Shown piece by piece: positions 42,638 through 64,000 of a stretch of DNA of 64,000 bases. Location of the stretch: NCBI GenBank assembly GCA_009914755.4, contig CP068257.2, forward strand, positions 9,344,001 to 9,408,000, given 5' to 3'. Each line of letters begins with the position of its first letter. The first letter of the stretch is position 1. Source of the stretch: the human T2T-CHM13v2.0 reference genome, Homo sapiens. The translations under genes were made by a program, and so were the position numbers. The notes under the pieces were generated by a model. That model was given only the letters and a program-made list of their open reading frames with translations, was not told where the DNA came from and searched no databases.

Positions 42638-44812
42638 CTAAGACAACAGTGGGAACCACTGTGACGGGAGAAACCGCTGGCGCCTCACGCATGCGCATTG
42701 GCTGAGCCGACTCACGCTCCACTCCTGACAGATAGGCTGCGTCCCCTTTAAATATCGCCATCGCCGCGCGGCGGCCGCGATGCTCCTGCTGCCGCCCCGG
42801 CGTCGGCTGTGTCCTGGGTCCTGTTTGGGGTGGCGTGGGAGCGGGGGCCGCGGGTGTCTCGTCGTGTCACAGGCCCAAACCCCCAGGGCTCCTGTCCTCA
42901 GGACCTACTTGAGCCGATTTCCAGCGAGGGAGGGGGAGCTTCAGGACGCCTGCTGTGTGCTCCGGACTCCCGTTGAAATCCCATTCTGGCCCCCTCCGAG
43001 TGACATAGGATGGGCTCACCACATCTGGTCAGGCCGGCAGGGCCTCGCTGCAGCACAGAATGACCCCATAGGTCTCAAGGCCTAGTGTCAGAGCAAATTC
43101 ACTCATCCATCAGCCCTCTGCCTCCCTCCTCCTTTGAAAGAGCAGTGGCCTGCCCCGCTTGTAAAAGCCCAGGGGTTCCGGAAAGCCGAACGCGCTTTAC
43201 AGGACAACTGCAAAGAGGAACAGAGGCGAAATCCAGGGGGAGACCATGTGACCACGCGTGGCACTGGCCAATCCCACAGCAGTTGGTGTTAATGTGTGTC
43301 ACCGGAGGCATACGGGGCGACGGCGAAACGAAGGGTGGGGTCCATGCACGTGCCGGTGGAAGGGGGAAACGGGTGACCTTTCCGTCAATGCCAAGGAAAA
43401 TCAAACAACACCTGGGACCCGGAGGGTGTGGGGGACGTCTGTGCCTGACCCAAGCCACGTTTCCAAATGCCTACCAGAGGAAGAAAGATGTTTCTGCCAA
43501 TTTCGCAACACCCCCAATCCTCCACCGACCTCGTAGCCCTGAAGCAACTTCGGCTGGCACAAACCCACAAAGAGTGGGAAAGAAACACACAGAGACTGAG
43601 AGACAGAGGGAGAAGAGAGAATGGGAGACACACACACAGAGACACACGCACACACACGCAGAGTCATACAGCAGAGGCATTGAAACACACACGCCCAGGC
43701 AACCCCTGAGGCTCCGGGGTTCTGCTCTGGAGGAGAACGACCCTCGGGTGAGAGAGCAGCCCAGGGGCACGCAGGCCGACCCGTCCTCGAGATCACAGAC
43801 AGCGGAAAGGCTTTTGGCGAGACTCACCCCAACCAACACCGTCCGTGCAGGCCTGAGGCTGGGATCCCGTGCTGCTTCCCCCGTCTCCACCTGGGGTTTC
43901 ATCTTCATAGTCGGCCCTTTGCGACTGCTGGCATCAGGAGAGTTTCCCTTCGAGCCCATGGAGAGGTGAGACCGGAGCCTCAGAGCCTCGATACCCAAGC
44001 ACTGCCACGGAGGGATCCTGCTCTGCAAAGCCTCGGGGACTGGTTTCTAAGACAACCGTGGGAACCACTGTGACCGGAGAAACCGCTGGGGCCTCGCGCA
44101 TACGCATTGGCTGAGCCGACTCACGCTCCACTCCTGACAGATAGGCTGCGTCCCCTTTAAATATTGCCACCGCCGCGCGGCGGCCGCGATGCTCCTGCTG
44201 CCGCCGCGGCGGCGGCTGTGTCCTGGGTCCTGTTTGGGGTGGCATGGGAGAGGGGACCGAGGGTGTCTCGTCCTGTCCCAGGCCCAAACCCCCAGGGCTC
44301 CTGTCCTCAGGACCTGCTTGAGCCGACTTCCACCAAGGGAGGGGGACCTTCAGGACGCCTGCTGTGTTCTCTGGACTCCCGTTGAGATCCCATTCTGGCC
44401 CCCTCCGAGTGACATAGGATGGGCTCACCACATGTGGTCAGGCCGGCAGGGCCTCGCTGCAGCACACAATGACCCCATAGGTCTCAAGGCCTAGTGTCAG
44501 AGCAAACTCACTCATCCATCAGCCCTCTGCCTCCCTCCTCCTTTGAAAGAGCAGTGGCCTGCCCCGCTTGTAAAAGCCCAGGGGTTCCGGAAAGCCGAAC
44601 GCGCTTTACAGGACAACTGCAAAGAGGAACAGAGTCGAAACCCAGGGGGAGACCATGTGACCACGCGTGGCACTGGCCAATCCCACAGCACTTGGTGTTA
44701 ATGTGTGTCACCGGAGGCATACGGGGCGACGGCGAAACGAAGGGTGGGGTCCAGGCATATGCCGGTGGAAGGGGGAAACGGGTGACATTTCCGTCAGTGC
44801 GAATGAAAATCA

Positions 44813-45460
<648 letters not shown>

Positions 45461-47702
45461 CTAAGACAACAGTGGGAACCACTGTGACGGGAGAAACCGC
45501 TGGCGCCTCACGCATGCGCATTGGCTGAGCCGACTCACGCTCCACTCCTGACAGATAGGCTGCGTCCCCTTTAAATATCGCCACCGCCGCGCGGCGGCCG
45601 CGATGCTCCTGCTGCCGCCCCGGCGTCGGCTGTGTCCTGGGTCCTGCTTGGGGCGGCGTGGGAGCAGGGGCCGCGGGTGTCTCGTCGTGTCACAGGCCCA
45701 AACCCCCAGGGCTCCTGTCCTCAGGACCTGCTTGAGCCGATTTCCAGCGAGGGAGGGGGAGCTTCAGGACGCCTGCTGTGTGCTCCGGACTCCCGTTGAG
45801 ATCCCATTCTGGCCCCCTCCGAGTGACATAGGATGGGCTCACCACATCTGCTCAGGCCGGCAGGGCCTCGCTGCAGCACACAATGACCCCATAGGTCTCA
45901 AGGCCTAGTGTCAGAGCAAATTCACCGATCCATCACCCCTCTGCCTCCTTCCTCCTTTGAAAGAGCAGTGGCCTGCCCCGCTTGTAAAAGCCCAGGGGTT
46001 CCGGAAAGCCGAACGCGCTTTACAGGACAACTGCAAAGAGGAACAGAGGCGAAACCCAGGGGGAGACCATGTGACCACGCGTGGCACTGGCCAATCCCAC
46101 AGCAGTTGGTGTTAATGTATGTCACCGGAGGCATACGGGGCGACGGCGAAACGAAGGGTGGGGTCCAGGCATATGCCGGTGGAAGGGGCAAACGGGTGAC
46201 ATTTCCGTCAATGCCAAGGAAAATCAAACAACACCTGGGAACCGTGGGGTAGGGGGGCTTCCTGTGCCTGACCTAAGCCACGTTTTCAAATGCCTACCAG
46301 AGGAGCAAAGAGGTTTCTGCCAATTTCGCAACACCCCCAATCCTCCACCGACCTGGTAGCCCTGACGCAACTTCGGCTGGTACAAACCCACAGAGAGTGG
46401 GAAAGAAACACACAGAGAGTGAGAGACAGAGAGAGAAGAGAGAATGGGAGACACACACAGACACACACGCACACACACGCAGAGTCATACAGCAGAGGCA
46501 TTGAAACACACACTCCCAGGCAACCCCTGAGGATCCGGGGTTCTGCTCTGGAGGAGAACGACCCTCGGGTGAGAGAGCGGCCCAGGAGCACGCAGGCCGA
46601 CCAGTCCTCGAGATCACTGACCGCGGCGCGACTTTTGGCGAGACTCACCCCAACAAACACCGTCCGTGCAGGCCTGAGGCTGGGATCCCGTGCTGCTTCC
46701 CCGGTCTCCACCTGGGGTTTCATCTTCATAGTCGGCCCTTTGCGACTGCTGGCATCAGGAGAGTTTCCCTTCGAGCCCGTGGAGAGGTGAGACCGGAGCC
46801 TCAGAGCCTCGATATCCAAGCACTGCCACGGAGGGCTCCTGCTCTGCAAAGCCTCGGGGACTGGTTTCTAAGACAACGGTGGGAACCACTGTGACCGGAG
46901 AAACCGCTGGGGCCTCGCGCATGCGCATTGGCTGAGCCGACTCACGCTCCACTCCTGACAGATAGGCTGCGTCCCCTTTAAATATTGCCACCGCCACGCG
47001 GCGGCCGCGATACTCCTGCTGCCGCCGCGGTAGCGGCTGTGTCCTGGGTCCTGTTTGGGGTGGCATGGGAGAGGGGACCGCGGGTGTCTCGTCCTGTCCC
47101 AGGCCCAAACCCCCAGGGCTCCTGTCCTCAGGACCTGCTTGAGCCGACTTCCACCAAGGGAGGGGGAGCTTCAGGACGCCTGCTGTGTTCTCTGGACTCC
47201 CGTTGAGATCCCATTCTGGCCCCCTCCGAGTGACATAGGATGGGCTCACCACATGTGATCAGGCCGGCAGGGCCTCGCTGCAGCACACAATGACCCCATA
47301 GGTCTCAAGGCCTAGTGTCAGAGCAAACTCACTCATCCATCAGCCCTCTGCCTCCCTCCTCCTTTGAAAGTGCAGTGGCCTGCCCCGCTTGTAAAAGCCC
47401 AGGGGTTCGGGAAAGCCGAACGCGCTTTACAGGACAACTGCAAAGAGGAACAGAGGCGAAACCCAGGGGGAGACCATGTGACCACGCGTGGCACTGGCCA
47501 ATCCCACAGCAGTTGGTGTTAATGTGTGTCACCGGAGGCATACGGGGCGACGGCGAAATGAAGGGTGGGGTCCAGGGATATGCCGGTGGAAGGGGGAAAC
47601 GGGTGACATTTCCGTCAACGCCAAGGAAAAACAAACAACACCTGGGAACCGTGGGGTAGGGGGCCTCCTGTGCCTGACCCAAGCCACGTTTTCAAATGCC
47701 TA

Positions 47703-48275
<573 letters not shown>

Positions 48276-51200
48276 CTAAGACAACCGTGGGAACCACTGT
48301 GACGGGAGAAACCGCTGGCGCCTAGCGCATGCGCATTGGCTGAGCCGACTCACGCTCCACTCCTGACAGATAGGCTGCGTCCCCTTTAAATATCGCCACC
48401 GCCGCGCGGCGGCCGCGATGCTCCTGCTGCCGCCCCGGCAGCGCCTGTGTCCTGGGTCCTGTTTCAGGCGGCGTGGGAGAGGGGGCCACGGGTGTCTGTT
48501 CCTGTCCCAGGCCCAAACCCCCAGGGCTCCTGTCCTCAAGACCTGCTTGAGCCGACTTCCACCAAGGGAGGGGGAGCTTCAGGACGCCTGCTGTGTTCTC
48601 TGGACTCCCGTTGAGATCCCATTCTGGCCCCCTCCGAGTGACATAGGATGGGCTCACCACACGTGATCAGGCCGGCAGGGCCTCGCTGCAGCACAAAATG
48701 ATCCCATAGGTCTCAAGGCCTAGTGTCAGAGCAAATTCACTCATCCATCAGCCCTCTGCCTCCCTCCTCCTTTGAAAGAGCAGTGGCCTACCCCGCTTGT
48801 AAAAACCCAGGGGTTCCGGAAAGCCGACTGTGCTTAACAGGACAACTGCAAAGAGGAAGAGTGGCGAAATCCAGGGGGAGACCATGTGACCACGCGTGGC
48901 ACTGGCCAATCCCACAGCAGTTGGTGTTAACGTGTGACACCGGAGGCAAACGGGGCGACGGCGAAACGAAGGGTGGGGTCCATGCACGTGCCGGTGGAAG
49001 GGGGAAACGGCTGACCTTTCCGTCAATGCCAAGGAAAATCAAACAACACCTGGGACCCGGAGGGTGTGGGGGACGTCTGTGCCTGACCCAAGCCACGTTT
49101 TCAAATGCCTACCAGAGGAACAAAGATGTTTCTGCCAATTTTGCAACACCCCCAATCCTCCACCGACCTCGTAGCCCTGAAGCAACTTCGGCTGGCACAA
49201 ACCCACAAAGAGTGGGAAAGAAACACACAGAGACTGAGAGACAGAGGGAGAAGAGAGAATGGGAGACAAACACACAGACACACACACACACACGCAGAGT
49301 CATACAGCAGAGGCATTGAAACACACACACCCAGGCAACCCCTGAGGCTCGGGGGTTCTGCTCTGGAGGAGAACGACCCTCGGGTGAGAGAGCAGCCCAG
49401 GGGCACGCAGGCCGACCCGTCCTCGACATCACGGACAGCGGCGCGACTTTTGGCGAGACTCACCCCAACAAACACCGTCCGTGCAGGCCTGAGGCTGGGA
49501 TCCCGTGCTGCTTCCCCGGTCTCCACCTGGGGTTTCATCTTCATAGTCGGCCCTTTGCGACTGCTGGCATCAGGAGAGTTTCCCTTCGAGCCCGTGGAGA
49601 GGTGAGACCGGAGCCTCAGAGCCTCGATACCCAAGCACTGCCACGGAGGGCTCCTGCTCTGCAAAGCCTCGGGGACTGGTTTCTAAGACAACCGTGGGAA
49701 CCACCGTGACCCGAGAAACCGCTGGGGCCTCGCGCATGCGCATTGGCTGAGCCGACTCACGCTCCACTCCTGACAGATAGGCTGCGTCCCCTTTAAATAT
49801 CGCCACCGCCGCGCGGCGGCCGCGGTGCTCCTGCTGCCGCCCCGGCGTCGGCTGTGTCCTGGGTCCTGTTTGGGGCGGCGTGGGAGCGGGGGCCACGGGT
49901 ATCTGGTCCTGTCCCAGGCCCAAACCCCCAGGGCTCCTGTCCTCAGGACCTGCTTGAGCCGACTTCCACCAAGGGAGGGGGAGCTTCAGGACGCCTGCTG
50001 TGTTCTCTGGACTCCCGTTGAGATCCCATTCTGGCCCCCTCCGAGTGACATAGGATGGGCTCACCACACGTGGTCAGGCCGGCAGGGCCTCGCTGCAGCA
50101 CAAAATGATCCCATACGTCTCAAGGCCTAGTGTCAGAGCAAATTCACTCATACATCAGCCATCTGCCTCCCTCCTCCTTTGAAAGAGCAGTGGCCTACCC
50201 CGCTTGTAAAAGCCCAGGGGTTCCGGAAAGCCGACCGTGCTTAAAAGGACAACTGCAAAGAGGAAGAGAGGCGAAATCCAGGGGGAGACCATGTGACCAC
50301 GCGTGGCACTGGCCAATCCCACAGCAGTTGGTGTTAACGTGTGACACCGGAGGCAAACGGGGCGACGGCGAAACGAAGGGTGGGGTCCATGCACGTGCCG
50401 GTGGAAGGGGGAAACGGGTGACCTTTCCATCAATGCCAAGGAAAATCAAACAACACCTGGGACCCGGAGGGTGTGGGGGACGTCTGTGCCTGACCCAAGC
50501 CACGTTTTCAAATGCCTACCAGAGGAACAAAGATGTTTCTGCCAATTTCGCAACACCCCCAATCCTCCACCGACCTCGTAGCCCTGAAGCAACTTCGGCT
50601 GGCACAAACCCACAAAGAGTGGGAAAGAAACACACAGAGACTGAGAGACAGAGGGAGAAGAGAGAATGGGAGACAAACACACAGACACACACACACACAC
50701 GCAGAGTCATACAGCACAGTCATTGAAACACACACCCCCAGGCAACCCCTGAGGCTCGGGGGTTCTGCTCTGGAGGAGAACGACCCTCGGGTGAGAGAGC
50801 AGCCCAGGGGCACGCAGGCCGACCCGTCCTCGAGATCACGGACAGCGGCGCGACTTTTGGCGAGACTCACCCCAACAAACACCGTCCGTGCAGGCCTGAG
50901 GCTGGGATCCCGTGCTGCTTCCCCGGTCTCCACCTGGGGTTTCATCTTCATAGTCGGCCCTTTGCGACTGCTGGCATCAGGAGAGTTTCCCTTCGAGCCC
51001 GTGGAGAGGTGAGACCGGAGCCTCAGAGCCTCGATACCCAAGCACTGCCACGGAGGGCTCCTGCTCTGCAAAGCCTCGGGGACTGGTTTCTAAGACAACC
51101 GTGGGAACCACCGTGACCCGAGAAACCGCTGGGGCCTCGCGCATGCGCATTGGCTGAGCCGACTCACGCTCCACTCCTGACAGATAGGCTGCGTCCCCTT

Positions 51201-53270
51201 TAAATATCGCCACCGCCGCGCGGCGGCCGCGGTGCTCCTGCTGCCGCCCCGGCGTCGGCTGTGTCCTGGGTCCTGTTTGGGGCGGCGTGGGAGCGGGGGC
51301 CACGGGTATCTGGTCCTGTCCCAGGCCCAAACCCCCAGGGCTCCTGTCCTCAGGACCTGCTTGAGCCGACTTCCACCAAGGGAGGGGGAGCTTCAGGACG
51401 CCTGCTGTGTTCTCTGGACTCCCGTTGAGATCCCATTCTGGCCCCCTCCGAGTGACATAGGATGGGCTCACCACACGTGGTCAGGCCGGCAGGGCCTCGC
51501 TGCAGCACAAAATGATCCCATACGTCTCAAGGCCTAGTGTCAGAGCAAATTCACTCATACATCAGCCATCTGCCTCCCTCCTCCTTTGAAAGAGCAGTGG
51601 CCTACCCCGCTTGTAAAAGCCCAGGGGTTCCGGAAAGCCGACCGTGCTTAAAAGGACAACTGCAAAGAGGAAGAGAGGCGAAATCCAGGGGGAGACCATG
51701 TGACCACGCGTGGCACTGGCCAATCCCACAGCAGTTGGTGTTAACGTGTGACACCGGAGGCAAACGGGGCGACGGCGAAACGAAGGGTGGGGTCCATGCA
51801 CGTGCCGGTGGAAGGGGGAAACGGGTGACCTTTCCATCAATGCCAAGGAAAATCAAACAACACCTGGGACCCGGAGGGTGTGGGGGACGTCTGTGCCTGA
51901 CCCAAGCCACGTTTTCAAATGCCTACCAGAGGAACAAAGATGTTTCTGCCAATTTCGCAACACCCCCAATCCTCCACCGACCTCGTAGCCCTGAAGCAAC
52001 TTCGGCTGGCACAAACCCACAAAGAGTGGGAAAGAAACACACAGAGACTGAGAGACAGAGGGAGAAGAGAGAATGGGAGACAAACACACAGACACACACA
52101 CACACACGCAGAGTCATACAGCACAGTCATTGAAACACACACCCCCAGGCAACCCCTGAGGCTCGGGGGTTCTGCTCTGGAGGAGAACGACCCTCGGGTG
52201 AGAGAGCAGCCCAGGGGCACGCAGGCCGACCCGTCCTCGAGATCACGGACAGCGGCGCGACTTTTGGCGAGACTCACCCCAACAAACACCGTCCGTGCAG
52301 GCCTGAGGCTGGGATCCCGTGCTGCTTCCCCGGTCTCCACCTGGGGTTTCATCTTCATAGTCGGCCCTTTGCGACTGCTGGCATCAGGAGAGTTTCCCTT
52401 CGAGCCAGTGGAGAGGTGAGACCGGAGCCTCAGAGCCTCGATACCCAAGCACTGCCACGGAGGGCTCCTGCTCTGCAAAGCCTCGGGGACTGGTTTCTAA
52501 GACAACCGTGGGAACCACTGTGACCCGAGAAACCGCTGGGGCCTCGCGCATGCGCATTGGCTGAGCCGACTCACGCTCCACTCCTGACAGATAGGCTGCG
52601 TCCCCTTTAAATATCGCCACCGCCGCGCGGCGGCCGCGGTGCTCCTGCTGCCGCCCCGGCGTCGGCTGCGTCCTGGGTCCTGTTTGGGGCGGCGTGGGAG
52701 CGGGGGCCACGGGTATCTGGTCCTGTCCCAGGCCCAAACCCCCAGGGCTCCTGTCCTCAGGACCTGCTTGAGCCGACTTCCACCAAGGGAGGGGGAGCTT
52801 CAGGACGCCTGCTGTGTTCTCTGGACTCCCGTTGAGATCCCATTCTGGCCCCCTCCGAGTGACATAGGATGGGCTCACCACACGTGGTCAGGCCGGCAGG
52901 GCCTCGCTGCAGCACAAAATGATCCCATACGTCTCAAGGCCTAGTGTCAGAGCAAATTCACTCATACATCAGCCATCTGCCTCCCTCCTCCTTTGAAAGA
53001 GCAGTGGCCTACCCCGCTTGTAAAAGCCCAGGGGTTAAGGAAAGCCGACCGTGCTTAAAAGGACAACTGCAAAGAGGAAGAGAGGCGAAATCCAGGGGGA
53101 GACCATGTGACCACGCGTGGGACTGGCCAATCCCACAGCAGTTGGTGTTAACGTGTGACACCGGAGGCAAACGGGGCGACGGCGAAACGAAGGGTGGGGT
53201 CCATGCACGTGCCGGTAGAAGGGGGAAACGGGTGACCTTTCCATCAATGCCAAGGAAAATCAAACAACAC

Positions 53271-64000
<10,730 letters not shown>

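Overview
This window is primate, almost certainly human, genomic DNA. It is not prokaryotic: it contains many Alu SINEs, a MaLR-type LTR, and microsatellites and minisatellites. It has two very different halves.

**Positions 1 to about 32,100.** This half is AT-rich, gene-poor, low-complexity intergenic or intronic sequence with no credible protein-coding ORF. It holds eight Alu elements, and one of them keeps a perfect 15-bp target-site duplication. It also holds one solo MaLR (THE1/MST-like) LTR, several short tandem duplications or minisatellites with units of 16, 29, 57 and 63 bp, a (TA)n tract, and a modest CpG-rich patch at about 26.5-27.3 kb.

**Positions about 32,150 to the window end at 64,000.** This half is one uninterrupted, GC- and CpG-rich macrosatellite array. 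It contains at least 22.6 head-to-tail copies of a unit about 1.41 kb long. Consecutive unit starts are 1407-1415 bp apart, and the variation comes from an internal (CA)n/(GA)n tract. The array runs off the 3' end of the window. Unit length, GC content and CpG richness fit the SST1/NBL2 (MER22) macrosatellite family best, but I cannot align to a consensus from memory.

The array is not homogeneous. A 14-monomer block of 19,721 bp, at about 33.55-53.27 kb, is repeated almost identically (about 99.9%) from 53.27 kb to the window end. The two copies share a private 1-bp deletion. Inside that block there are adjacent identical monomer pairs and a mosaic sub-duplication that looks like unequal crossing-over.

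Every monomer carries a compact promoter-like cassette. It consists of an NRF1 palindrome GCGCATGCGC, an inverted CCAAT box, a TATA-like TTTAAATA and an ATG in most monomers. The monomers also carry a second direct CCAAT box next to a perfect 10-bp palindrome CCACGCGTGG.

The long ORFs in the six-frame track across the array lie on both strands and are low-complexity. Many start at GTG, and frameshifts and start-codon losses between monomers break them. I treat them as non-coding artefacts of GC-rich repetitive DNA. I found no prokaryotic-style system, CRISPR array, tRNA or rRNA.
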